Source of the DNA: Nemertoderma westbladi
Taxonomy: Eukaryota; Animalia; Xenacoelomorpha
NCBI GenBank assembly: GCA_032718475.1
Contig: JAUCBJ010000331.1
Coordinates: forward strand, 2,157-66,156
Reading direction: 5' to 3'
DNA: 64,000 nt
Of this stretch, positions 49,342-61,406 are shown in pieces. The translations under genes were made by a program, and so were the position numbers. A model generated the notes under the pieces. It did no database searches. It worked only from the letters and a program-made list of their open reading frames with translations, and was not told where the DNA came from. Numbering within the stretch: the first letter of the stretch is position 1; each line of letters begins with the position of its first letter.

Positions 49342-51960
49342 ATGGATATAATCGTAAATATGGACCCAAATCGCCAAATTATCGGCGAATTACGTAACAC
49401 GGTAGATCTACTGGAATATTCGCAACCCGGATCCCCTGACTTTGATACAAATTGGAGCACCCTTCTAAATGAGAACGTGCGAGTCATTAAATTCACCGGG
49501 CGAGAGGGACCGGATTCTAAGAATCTACGAGCCCTCCGGTTAGCCGATGCTAGTACGAGACTGAAAAGAACTCGGAACGCAAAGGCAACCGGAGGGGACG
49601 ATCCGTCGTTTTGGGAAACGTTCCGGCAGAGCGTCTACAGATCCCGATGTTTGATCTACGACAACGAGGGAAACGCGACGCCCACCTCGAAAGCGATTAC
49701 GTTGGCGAGATGTCAAAGTTTCGTCGACGACAAGAGTACGTACCTCGCCCACTGGGGAAACCTTTCGGAGTGTACGGCGACGCTTCGAGAGGAACGCATA
49801 TCGATTATCCAAAACCGAGACGACTACCAGGAAAAGTACGGGGCGAAAGAATACGGTCGATCCTTAGTCGTCGTCCTCGGAACCCTGGACGGTTTGGTAC
49901 TGGTGTGCCGATTATTCCCGACACCCAGACAGGAAGTGCAGGCAGCCGGAGCGATCTGGTTGCTGCCTCCGGAAATCCAAAAGATCCTCTTCGACTTCGA
50001 CGTCATTAAAATCGGGTCGGATATCAAGGCAGACGTCCGGAACGACTACGCGAACGCTCCTGCAGGAAGAAACCGACGAGACGACCTCAACGCCCTTAGC
50101 CATTGCATCGACACTCAAACGCTACTAGCCTGGTTACGATTCGCCGAGTTCATGCGAGGATTCCAAGAGGTGAGACCGACGAAATCCGGGATCGGCTACC
50201 TCGCTGTGCTAAACGGCGGCATCGACTTCAAACCCCAGAAATTCCGGGACTATAATAAAATATACGGTGGATACCCGGGATTGGAAATAAAGAGCGAGCG
50301 AGAGGGTCGATGGAAGGACGTTGATCGGAAGTGGACGATACACCAAAGATGGGAGAATCCCGATCGACGGAACTACGTTTACGTCATTATGGAATGCTAC
50401 ACCGTCGCTAAGTTTATCTGTAAAACTCTCGATAATCTTATTACGGCGGTCCCCCTTTCCTTCGTCGACTACGACTGGAACGAGGTTATAAACCACGCGT
50501 TTAAAGCGGTCGAGAACATTACACCGGGAGAATCGAAAACGCCCGCCGTTATCGATTCCTGGGACGAGAGCGGACCTTACGACATCCCTACGATTACCGA
50601 ACTTCTCGGTGCGGAGGAGCCTCTGATCTCCTCGGAAGGGGAAGAGATATGGCTAAACGAGGGTGTTCTACTCTCCACCCCGAAGCGACAACTCGAGCCG
50701 GAGGCCGCGTATGGACCGGCCGCCAAACGGGTTGCCTCGGCCGAACCGATGAAGAGAGCAGGCGTTTACACCCCACGCGGCTCCGGTAGCCCCGCGAGGG
50801 AGGTAGCCACTACAGCTGCATTGAGCGACTTCGGCGACATATGCCAACGGTTATCCCCGTATCCTTTCCCGGGTGGCGAAGATTGGTCGTCGGAGATTCC
50901 GAGTACCAGCCACCAACGGACCCGCTCAGCGATACTGGTCGAGGAGGGCCCCAGCGATGCGCCGACCCCCGACGATCTCCTCGGTATCCCTCCGTCTAAA
51001 ACCCCGGCACCTCTTCGCCTACCAGCGGTGCCTACTACACCCGCCGTTCCTCAGGACCCTATGCGACTAACCCGTTGGTACGCCGAGCAAACTGAATGGA
51101 TCCACCGCCAGAAACGGTCATCCGAGTTAAGACCAGCGGGACACAAAGAAGGTTATCGGAGCGAGAACCTACTACGCAAAAGCCTAGCATTCCGCGGGCT
51201 ACCGACCACCGAGAATATTCCGAAGAGCGACCGACGACTCGAATACTACGTCGGCGTCCCGATTCCGATATTTCCTGGTCGAGAGATGCAGTTGGAGGTA
51301 TGCGGCGACTGTGGTTCGGAGCAGTGCCCACGCGGCAGAAGGAATCGGGTTACCGATTCATGCCTCCAGCTCCTCGGGATACTCTATTGCCCTTACTGCG
51401 CGACATCGGGCCACGACGTTTCCGTCTGCCCGATCCTTTATAACCTCTGCACCACGTGCGGTTTCCGTGGACATTCCTCTAGCCCCCGCTGCTATATCAA
51501 ATGTCCAACCAAAGACGTTACCGCTATGGGAAATATGGTCATGTTTGAAACGTACGCAAACAGCCACTTAAAGACCAAGGTTCGGAGAAACGCTCGGAAT
51601 ATCGCGCAGGAGATGGCGTGCGGATATTTCTCCTTCCCGGAACGCCTCCACACGTCGGCCACGCTACCCTTCCATTACGTGGATCTGCTACTGAGCGCCG
51701 GATTATTCGGTCCATTCGAAGTCATTAGACGATTATATTCGTATAAAGAGGAGTTCGGTGACGGAGAGTGGTTCCTAGAGGCACGCAAATCTGAGTTGGA
51801 AAGACGAACCGACATGATCCCTATGCCATCGAAAGGAAGAGCCGCCAGGAGACAAGCCGAAGCGTTACTCACGATGGATGTGGACGCTCCCCTACCAGCC
51901 ATAGCGATCGATGAGAGTCGACGGGCGAAGAGACAAAAGGCGTATCAGAGAAAGAAATAG
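49342..51960 (+). CDS. Retrotransposon ORF3: DEDDy-like 3'-5' exonuclease (WRN/Mut-7/EXD-like) with C-terminal zinc knuckles
   Basis: Intact 872 aa. ExoI IYDNEG, ExoII LPPEIQKILFDFDVIKIGSDIKAD, then CIDTQ and ExoIII-like YVIME. C-terminus has CGDC, CPYCATSGHDVSVC and CTTCGFRGH..C. Confidence 0.72.
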   Translation: MDIIVNMDPNRQIIGELRNTVDLLEYSQPGSPDFDTNWSTLLNENVRVIKFTGREGPDSKNLRALRLADASTRLKRTRNAKATGGDDPSFWETFRQSVYRSRCLIYDNEGNATPTSKAITLARCQSFVDDKSTYLAHWGNLSECTATLREERISIIQNRDDYQEKYGAKEYGRSLVVVLGTLDGLVLVCRLFPTPRQEVQAAGAIWLLPPEIQKILFDFDVIKIGSDIKADVRNDYANAPAGRNRRDDLNALSHCIDTQTLLAWLRFAEFMRGFQEVRPTKSGIGYLAVLNGGIDFKPQKFRDYNKIYGGYPGLEIKSEREGRWKDVDRKWTIHQRWENPDRRNYVYVIMECYTVAKFICKTLDNLITAVPLSFVDYDWNEVINHAFKAVENITPGESKTPAVIDSWDESGPYDIPTITELLGAEEPLISSEGEEIWLNEGVLLSTPKRQLEPEAAYGPAAKRVASAEPMKRAGVYTPRGSGSPAREVATTAALSDFGDICQRLSPYPFPGGEDWSSEIPSTSHQRTRSAILVEEGPSDAPTPDDLLGIPPSKTPAPLRLPAVPTTPAVPQDPMRLTRWYAEQTEWIHRQKRSSELRPAGHKEGYRSENLLRKSLAFRGLPTTENIPKSDRRLEYYVGVPIPIFPGREMQLEVCGDCGSEQCPRGRRNRVTDSCLQLLGILYCPYCATSGHDVSVCPILYNLCTTCGFRGHSSSPRCYIKCPTKDVTAMGNMVMFETYANSHLKTKVRRNARNIAQEMACGYFSFPERLHTSATLPFHYVDLLLSAGLFGPFEVIRRLYSYKEEFGDGEWFLEARKSELERRTDMIPMPSKGRAARRQAEALLTMDVDAPLPAIAIDESRRAKRQKAYQRKK

Positions 51961-52125
51961 TGGATCGGGATATTCCAGGAACATTTATCGAACATTTATT
52001 TTTATACAAACTCTAGGCCAAATTAATTAAAAACTATGCAATATTAAATTTGGGTTTTTTATATTGGGAATGACCTACGCAAACTCAATCGACCGACAGA
52101 CTTCACGAAGGTCATTGGGGGGGAC

Positions 52126-53645
52126 TGTTCGCGGTATTTCAACTTTCCATAACGCGAGTTGAATATTTTTGTATTTATTTAAAATTGATTATTCTGATAT
52201 TACTACTGGGTGCGGGACCATGGGTTTTGGGCACATTTAATAAACTGGGGGCGATTTATGGGCGAACTTTGGGGCAACTTACAGGGTACGGGAATAATTT
52301 CATAGTTATAAGGGCCAGGGGGGGATGGAAAATGCAAGCAGTATTCAGGTTAGCCTGAGTACTATTAGGCCCTGGCCAACTTCCTGCTGCCTGTAGGGGT
52401 GGATTTGGTAATGCGCCAGGCCTAAAGGACAAGGACTGCCCTTAGCGGTCCCTGGCCAACAGCAGCCATTACGAGCCTGAAAAGAACTCGGACCGCTGAC
52501 TGCTTGTGTCAGGGATTTGCGACGGGAAACGACGGCCCCTTAGTAGCCAAGCCGTTCTGGTTCTCGATGATCGAACCCTTCGGGGTTCGTGAGGGGTGGA
52601 GCGGACACGCGAACAGGTGGCCAACTAACGACTGCCCCCTGAGCTAAGCCGTACTGGTTCTCGATGACCGATCCCTTCGGGGTTCGCGAGGGGTGGGACA
52701 GACATGCGAAAGGGCTGGCCACAGGACGGGTTTGACGAGAACTGCCCTTAGCGGTCTCTGGTCAACGGCAGCTACTACGAGACTGAAAAGAACTCGGAAC
52801 GCTGACTGCTTGTACTGGGATTTGCGACGGGAACCGACGACAGACCCCTTAGCCAAGCCGTACTGGTTCTCGATGATCGTTCCCTTCGGGGTTCGTGAGG
52901 GGTGGAACGGACACGCGATGGGGTCGAAACCCACAGTGCGGGAAAGACAAGCTGGCTACCATTGAAATGAATAGGGGAAGGATAATATGGTGTGTTCGTG
53001 TTCCCATCCTAATAATGTCTGTCGTCTTGGCTCAGCTAAGCTTAAACAGAGCCACAGCCTACAATAGAGCTTTACCTAAATACACTTCCAGTGAGCCAAG
53101 CAGTAGTGGCGGCGGGTTAGCTCCAAAATGCCCATGTAGGATTTCTTCGAAAAAGGACCAATTGGTTGAGTTACGAGTTACAGTGAAAAAGTATTCATGA
53201 TTAGATTTTGCTTTGAACAGGAGAAACAGATGGAATATATATAGGTCATCTAATTATTTGTTTAAAGATTAGCAAACAATACAGTGTAATTGAATTGATG
53301 AAATCCATAAATAAAACTTGGATACAAAATCTAAAATCGGGATGAAAAATATAAATTTCTGAGCTAAGAAAGGGAAATTGGATACTGTTGGAGAGGGAAT
53401 GTGAGAATTGGATACTGTGGGGGTTGGGGAGGGAATGTCCGGAAATCGAAGCCTTTTTCTATCTGCCAACATCCTGGGCTTTACTTACACTCAGCCTCCA
53501 TTCACTGGCTGTGATTGACAAGCTAACGTGCCTCAGAAGTTCCTTTCATGAATGCCGCAATTTATATTTGGCCATTTTGGTCGTTTTGGCCGCCAAAATG
53601 ACCAAATTAATGTTTATTGGGATTGGGACTGTATGGGCCCTAACA
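52126..53645 (+). mobile_element. Probable LTR region between the two BEL elements (3' boundary uncertain), with ~306-bp internal direct repeats
   Basis: Begins TGTT after a purine tract. Repeats start at 52435 and 52741. A possible end is AACA|TGGT at 53645. There is no second LTR copy in the window to confirm the boundaries. Confidence 0.45.
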
Positions 53646-53742
53646 TGGTAACATCAACCCCAATACCAAATAGGGTGACATTCCCCCATTACAATATCAG
53701 CAATATACCCAACCAAGACCAAGAACAAAAACCCCAAACCCC

Positions 53743-56700
53743 TTGGACCAAAATAAATCGTGTGATACCGAGATATGGAGGGGACTGTTACCCCCAATGA
53801 TATATCCAACGCAGAAGAGGTTGACAGGCCCGACGGGCGAACCACACCCAGCAGCAGGGGAATCTGGACAGCACCCATCGAGCCCACTAGAAGTACAGGC
53901 AATGGGAATGGCAACACTCATCGATGCGCTTAAGACCAGGATCGAGCTGCCACCAGTGGAACCGTTCAAATTCGATGGAAGCAGACCGGAAGAATACCTG
54001 CAATTCCAACGCATGTACAGTAATGAAATATTAACAAAGAACTTGACACAGGCAGAGTGCCTAAAATATTTACAAGTTTACACAGGGGGCCCAGCATACG
54101 ACATCGTAAGGCAGTATCAAGGTATCGAAGGTGGATTCACAACTGCATGGCGGTCCCTAGACAGGGAATACGGGCATCCTGCTAAGATCATCCGACAAAC
54201 CTTAACGGGAATTACATCAGGCGGACTACAGGACAACTCTGTCAGCATTAAGACTTTCGCGAATAAAGTCGAAAAGGCGCTGATTGTGCTGAAGACCTTA
54301 GATGCGCCTTACGAACTCAATGCATCGAACAACATCACCACAATAGCGCAGGCACTGCTGATCTGGCTAAGAAACAAGTGGAGGAAGATTGCCTTCTCCA
54401 CCCGGGAGAAGAAAGGTGCGGAACCAGGCCTAGAGGAAATGTCGAACTTCCTCAATTACGAGGCGGAATTGATAACGGACCCAGTCTACAGCGAGGATAG
54501 TCTGGGGAGGGCGCCGAGGACCGAATACAACAGGCCAAAACCAGAACATAGTGCGGCAAATGCGTTACCAAAGTTAAGACAATCGCTACCATACGCGGCG
54601 ATGCAGGGGACTGCTAGTCCACAGATAGCCGGGGGTAGGGCCACACTGTGGCATGAACAGGGACAAAATAATAACACAAAAAAATACAACCCCAACATGC
54701 CCAGTAGGCCAAACCCAAATAATAAGAACGCTAGACAGCTAAGCATGAATATACGTGCAATACGCAATGCACTGTATAGAGAAGGCTATAATCCGAGAAA
54801 CAAATGCCAATTACACTCGAACGCACTCCATCAGACTATGAAATGCAAGTATTTACAGGCGTTTCCCAAACAAGATCAGGTAGAATACGCGAACAGAAGT
54901 GGAATCTGTCATCGATGTGTGGTAGGCGGACACAAGGTTGAACAGTGTAAGGAGACGCCAATAAAATTCGGTCAAGGCAAAGGCCAAACAATGGCGACAA
55001 GCACCATAGGAGCGAAGAAAAGGGGAACGGAACTACTTGGGGTGGTACCGGTGAGGGTGATGGGAGAAAGCAGTCGATCAGTCACGACATTGATGCTTGT
55101 CGACAGCGGAGCAGCCTTCACGCTGGTGGAGAATTAGGTGGCCGAGGAGATGAGGTTACAGACCAGGCCGAGTAGGATGGCGGTAACTACTATCTCGAGC
55201 AAGGATGAGGTCCTGGAGATGAGAACGGGACGGTGCGAGATATCAGCAATAGCACCAGGATGTGATTATGGGGTGACCATCGACCCCATTCAGATAATAG
55301 AATCGATTAATATAAACGCCAAGCGACCCACAAGGATCGAGGTCGAGCAATATCGGGTCCTGGACGATATCGATTTCTCAATACCGGAAGTGGACGTTTC
55401 GGAGGTATCCATTATAGTCGGAATGGATTGTCCGACAGCCCACGAGAGGATATGGACCATATTCGGAGAGAATAAGCAGCACGATCCGATGGTGATTCTC
55501 ACGCCATTCGGATGGACGCTTAGCGGCCCAATTGAGACCAAGATTCCATTCAGGGTGTCGGAGACATCAGGGTGCATGTTCGCAGGTACAATGAGGGAGA
55601 TGGAGGACGAAGGAGCAGAAGAGCAACTTAAGAGGCTGCTGCGGCAGGACTTCGAAGGATTAAAGGAGGCCGGGGTCGGAACCTCGGTAGAAGATAAACA
55701 AGCGATAGAGAGCGTAAAGGAGTCGATGAAGTGCAAAGGGGGACGGTACACCATAGGGATGGTGTGGAGACAACCAAAGCTGCCGTTGCCAGATAACAAA
55801 GGGATGGTACTCACGAGGCTTCGCAAACTGAAGGAGACACTCAGACGGAGCCCCGAGAAGGACGAGTACATCCACAGGACAATCAAGAAATACGTTGAGA
55901 AGGGATGGGCCATGGAGTTACCGGTCGACGAGCCAAACACGGACAGGACCTACTATCTGCCACTGCACATGGCTTTAGATCCAAAGAAGGGTAAACTGCG
56001 GATGGTGGTCGACGCGTCAGCCAAAATGAATGGCAAGAGCCTAAACGACTATCTGCTGGAGGGCCCCAATATCTATAACTCCGGGATAGAGGTCTTGTTG
56101 AGATTCAGAACTGGGAGGCACGCCTTCACGTGCGACATTGAAGGCATGTTCAACCAAGTCCATGTGACGGAAGAAGACAGCGATAGTCAGCGCTTCTTAT
56201 GGTATAACGGCGACGAAATGTTGGTGCAAAACATGGGGGCCAAGTCGTCCTCATTTACAACGACTACGGCTGTGAGAGATACGGTAGAGGGTAAGGAAGG
56301 AGAGCATAGTACGAAGGTGATCGATATGATTCCACACGATTTCTATGTAGACGATGGGATGGGATCTGGAAACATGGTTGAAGAAATACTGGAGATAGGG
56401 CGCGAGGTTTGAGACATCCTAAAAGGATCCTTGTTCAACCTCACTAAGTTCCAGTCCAGCTCCGAGGAATTCATGAAAGCCATAGAAGACAAGCAACCAG
56501 AGTCGACCATGGACAACCCCACAACAGCAAAGGGACAGGATCTGGCGAACAAGAGAGTTGAGTCTCAGCAAAAGGCACTAGGGATCGTGTGGTCCCGGGA
56601 AATGGACGAGTTGGAGTATCAACTGAGCCAAGAGGGTGCAGAGATCCACACTAAGCGGGGCTATGTATCGTACATAGCAAGGATATATGATCCCCTAGGC

Positions 56701-58499
56701 CTAGCATCCCCACTGTTAGTCACGGGGAAGCAACTATTAAAGAAAGTATACAAGTTAAAGGATGAATGGGATACAGAAGTCCCGGAAGAAATAAGTAGAC
56801 AGTGGAGCAAGTGGACGTGGAGTCTAGAGGAGATGGGGACGTACAGCATGCCACGCGTGTATTTCCCGGACGGAGACATGACGGACCTGGATCTACACAT
56901 GTTTTCCGATGCATCTTTGGAAGCATATGGAGCGGCACTTTATTTGGTACAGCGAAAGGGGGCTCATAAGCCCAGACTTGCATTTAGTAAAGCAAAGTTG
57001 ACGCCACCAGATTCAGCATCAGTGCCGAAACTCGAGCTGACAGCTGCGAGGTTAGGAGCAAGGGCCACAGCTTACTTGAGGGACACTATACCTAACATAG
57101 TGGAGACACACTACTGGACGGACTCCATGGTTGTGTTAGGGTGGCTACATAACGAGAAGACGAGATACCCTATATTCGTCGCGAATAGGATAAACGAGAT
57201 AAGGGCGACGACTGACCTAGAAAGGTGGCATTATTGCCCTACCGACGAGATTCCAGCAGATCTGTTATCGAGGCGCGTTGCACGCTGCACCTTTTCGAAG
57301 AAGGAAGAGTTGTGGCAACACGGGCCACACTTCCTTAATGATAGATCAGCATGGCCACCAATGAGGAAGGTGGACCCTGGCTCAGAGGAAGTAGTAGCAG
57401 AAGAGGAGGGGAAAGATCCAGAAGGGGAAGAGATATATAGCCAGTTGGAGAGGGAGATCAAGGAAGTGCCACCGAGATCAGAAGATCCATGTGATAATCC
57501 AACAGATAGGTTTCTCAGTTACAGCTCCAGCTGGTAGCATATTGGAGGGCCTACGGGGATTTCCTTAGGGGAGTTGGCAAGGATGCCAAAAGGAAACCAA
57601 CCATCGATCTGGAAGGAGCGGCTATAGCCATAATGCGATACGAGCAAAGAAAGGAGTACGCTGACGAAGTGGACAGAGTTAGCAAGCAACAACACCTTCG
57701 TCGAGACAGCGAACTCAAAACGCTGTCCCCGCAGTTGAACGAGGACGGGATTCTGGTGATGAATTCCAGAGTGGTGAACAATAACAGCTTAGTTATCCCA
57801 CCAAAACCCATAATAATCCCCAATAAATCACCAATAGTCCACCAGATCATATGGGACTCGCATAAATCGATACTACACGGAGGCACGAATCAGATACGAA
57901 GATACGAAGGACCTTCTGGATCACCCAACTTAGGAAGAAGGTGAAGGCGGTAGTGGGGCAGTGCCAGACCTGCCGACGGACGAGAAAGGAGAGGGCCGTA
58001 CAGGAGATGGCGCCATTACCGGCCAACAGAGTGAGACAACACGACCCGCCATTCACGCACTGCGGCGTGGACATGTTCGTGCCGATTAAGATAAAGGTGA
58101 TGCGGCATACGGAGAAACGCTACGGCATTATCTTTGTCTGCAACAACACAAGAGCGGTGGGAATAGAACTTGCGCAGGGCTACGGCATCGGCATTTATTA
58201 ATGCCTTAGAAAGATTTGTAAGCCACAAAGGGGGAACACTCAAGGTGATATATTCAGATAATGGGACCAACTTCGTGTGAGCGGAGAATGAGTTGAAGAA
58301 GGGTGACTTGGTAATCGTCACTGACGACACAATTTTCAATAACCAATGGAGACTAGCGAGAGTGGTAGATACTTACCCCGACGAGGGCGGAAGAGTCCGG
58401 TTGTTGGAAGTGAGGATAGGAGGCAAGATAGGGGCCAAAGATAGGAAGACATACAGGAGGGCTGTGGGAAAGTGCTGCCTATTGGAAGGGGCACCTTAG
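53743..58499 (+). pseudogene. BEL/Pao element 2, decayed gag-pol
   Basis: Motifs LPPVEPFKFDG, LVDSGA, FYVDD, FSDAS..PKLEL..YWTDS, GVDMF and SDNGTNF. In-frame stops at 55135, 56410 and 57535, several frameshifts, and a deletion in integrase near 58292. Confidence 0.93.
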
Positions 58500-58656
58500 A
58501 GTTTAGATGTCCAATATGTTGGACTGAGGGGGGTGGAATGAGGGCAAGACGCCCTTCCCACACACCAAAAAACACAAAAAAATAATAAAATAAGAAGTGA
58601 GATAGTAGAAAGTTAGAAAGTAATAGTAGTAGATAATAAGATAGTAAGTAGCACTA

Positions 58657-59220
58657 GTTAGAAGTTAGGGAGTGTGGTATATAGACATACCACGAGAGTA
58701 GTAGCAGGGTACATAGTACCGGAGTAGTAGGGTACATAGTACCGTAAGAAGCTAGAAGTTAAAAGTTAGGGAGTGTGGTATATTATTGACATACCACGAG
58801 AGTAGTAGCGGGGTACATAGTACCGGAGTAGTAGGGTACATAGTACCATTAGTAGTAGTTAGAAGTTAGGGAGTGTGGTATATGGACATACCACGAGAGT
58901 AGTAGCAGGGTACATAGTACCGGAGTAGCAGGGTACATAGTACCGTTAGTAGTAGTTAGAAGTTAGAGAGTGTGGTATATAGACATACCACGAGAGTAGT
59001 AACAGGGTACATAGTACCGGGGTAGCAGGGTACATAGTACCGTAAGAGGCAGAGGTTAGAAGTTAGGGAGTGTGGTATATAGACATACCACGAGAGTAAT
59101 AGTAGGGTACATAGTACCGTAAGAGTTAGAAATTAGAGTTAGTAGAAGTTAGTAGTAAGAGAGTAGAGAGTATGGTATATAGGTATACCATAAGATTAGT
59201 AGTAGGGTACATAGTACCGT
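58657..59220 (+). repeat. ~95-120-bp tandem repeats with internal hairpins downstream of element 2 pol
   Basis: agaagttagggagtgtggtatatagacataccacgagagtagtagcagggtacatagtaccg is repeated about 5 times. Confidence 0.85.
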
Positions 59221-59756
59221 AGAGGCTGTGGGCATTGAGAGCGCCCTGAAAGGGAGAGGGGGGCATATGGGTACAGCAGGATAGACCGTGTAGGCCGCAC
59301 GAGACAGACTACTGTACTGCACAGCCCATAGTGTAAGTCTAGGATGTTTGTTACAGTGCCAGGAAGTTGCCTGGTATGAAACTAGCACAGTAGAGAATAG
59401 CTAGTTTTCCCTGTATACAAACTACAGGGGTTATCTAGGTAGAAATAACCCACCATAACCAATAATAGCACACTAAGAGAGAATAAAATAGTATTAGGAG
59501 CAAAATTTAATAAATTACGGCAACAGTAGGCAAAGGATTCTAGAATCATAATTAAAGTAACGGACAGATTTGTAAAATTTAGGAAAATTGGCACTTTGGG
59601 GGACGTATAGGTATACTTAAAATTATACCACAAAATTAGGGTTTTTAGGAGGTAGGCCATTACTGAACAAATACACACCATCTTATTAAACGTCACTCAT
59701 CTAATTGAGCCTTGGTAAGGCACCACCAATAAGGTGAGCGCGCAAGAAAGTTCGTA

Positions 59757-60747
59757 ATGGTGGAGAGACTAGTTAAGAAGAGAAAGATGGAGAGGAGTGG
59801 AAAGGAGATACTAGTGGACTTCACGCAAAGGCATCCGGAGGAAAGGACGAGGGAATACTACAAGCCGCTACTGAAGGGTCACAAAGTGCGAGCGCTGCAG
59901 GACCACTTTAGGGAGATGCACTAGAGAGGACTGGTCGGGACCTACAGGATGCCGTCGTTGGACAACGCGATCCTCGAGGATTTTCGCTACATAGTGAAGG
60001 GAGACGAAGTGAAGTTCGGGATACCGAAGTATCCGGGGGAACCACCGAGAAATGAATGGAGGAGGTTTGTAGAGTCTGTGAGTAGGGGTGGATATGGATA
60101 CATGGTCCTAGACGACGAAGGGACTGTGGAGGATGACGAGGGCTCAAGAAGAGGGTCGGTGGGATCAGCTAGAACCCTACTACTGCATTTGGCCTCGCCA
60201 AATGGAGACATCTTTCTATTCGATCTGGGAACCTATGGGAAGAAGAGCGGGCCGAAGTTAAACCGGTTGCCAAGGGCGGAGCAGGACCTAGTGAGGGAGA
60301 AGACTACAGTGAAGGTGGGATCGGCGATCCGCGACGACGCGGAGAGGATCGTTGGACCGGAAACTCCCAACCTCCTGGACATGCAAGCGGTCTATATGGC
60401 CATGATGGGGCCAGACGGGTTGGGATTGGTAGAGAACACAGTACATTGCGGAGCAGTGGCGATAGGTCAGCTCATGGGGCTCGTCTGCCACAAGCCGATG
60501 GACTGGGGTAAGTTCCGGGAGGAGTACGGAGCGGAACTGGTGAACTCGCTGAAATGGGGAGTGAGGCCAGGGAAACAGGAGGTGTACCAGTTCCGAAGGG
60601 GAGCGATAAAGATATATCAGAAGAGATATATCCTACAGGAGGATTGGATAATGATAGGTTTACTAAACCTATTCATGGCCGTGGTTATCGGAGGAGAGCC
60701 AACAGCGTTTCTGCTATCAGGAGCACCTCTAAACTACAGAAGAGCCT
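59757..60747 (+). pseudogene. Element 2 ORF3 homolog: DEDDy-like exonuclease, premature stop and 3' truncation
   Basis: ATG at 59757 is in frame with 59949, with a TAG at 59922. Motifs WRRFVESVSR..VLDDEG, LLHLAS..IFLFDL, LP..DLVREKTTVKVGSAIRDD, LLDMQ and YILQE. Composition changes abruptly at ttaaccct (~60748). Confidence 0.72.
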
Positions 60748-61406
60748 TTAACCCTGTAAAAGCTTCTGTGGGATATAACTGGCCCCTTTTGCTTCGCAAT
60801 CCAGTTTCCCCCCAGGCGCTGGAATACTCTAAAAAGGTTCTCTAACTGTATATATATTCCCCTCGCCCGCAAGGTACCGTTACAGGTGTTTTAACGGACA
60901 TAAAAGTCATTCTGCTATATACGTGTTTTAGCGGACATGGTAAGGCAAAAAACCTGCAATGCACCAAATACCTTTCACAGCTTAGCCGTGATGATTCATA
61001 TTACGACATCTAACAGCTGGTTGCTGACATGGAAACAGCCATTGGATGCATGGTTCTTTGTTTGGCTTGAGCCAATCAGAGCGTTTTTTCCTGTCGACGT
61101 GTAGCTTTTCGGCCGATCATAAGGAGAGTGTTCAGTCTTACTGTTTTTACTTGATACTTTGTTGTTATTGCTGTCTAAGCTAGAAACACCGGCTCTAAGA
61201 ACTCTAGTAAAACTGCTTAGATTATAGAAAGTATAACTGTTACCGGCGGTGTTACCTCACTTAATTTAACTGCACTAATCATATTGTTTGTACTGCTATT
61301 TACCGTCAGTTATTAATTGTATCTATTTGTTGATGGAAATATTGCTCTTTGGAGAATACGGATAAATCACCCAAAATTCCCAATTTTCTTGATACACTAC
61401 AGGTTA

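Larger units (their letters stand above)
41350..52125 (+). mobile_element. BEL/Pao LTR retrotransposon, element 1 internal region (gag, pol, extra ORF3); no 5' LTR visible
   Basis: Starts with PBS-like tggtcc next to the satellite, then gag, PR-RT-RH-IN and ORF3. A G-rich PPT-like tract at 52117-52124 is followed by TGT. Confidence 0.88.

Noticed and set aside
52470-52801. Hammerhead ribozyme in the CTGAAAAG motif
   Set aside because: It lacks the CUGANGA...GAAA core and the three-stem arrangement.
41787-58575. Many short antisense or alternate-frame ORFs over the BEL elements
   Set aside because: They are shadows of the gag, pol and ORF3 coding sequence with no recognisable motifs.
58660-59070. 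TTAGGG telomeric repeats
   Set aside because: They are single occurrences within a longer repeat unit, not tandem telomere arrays.
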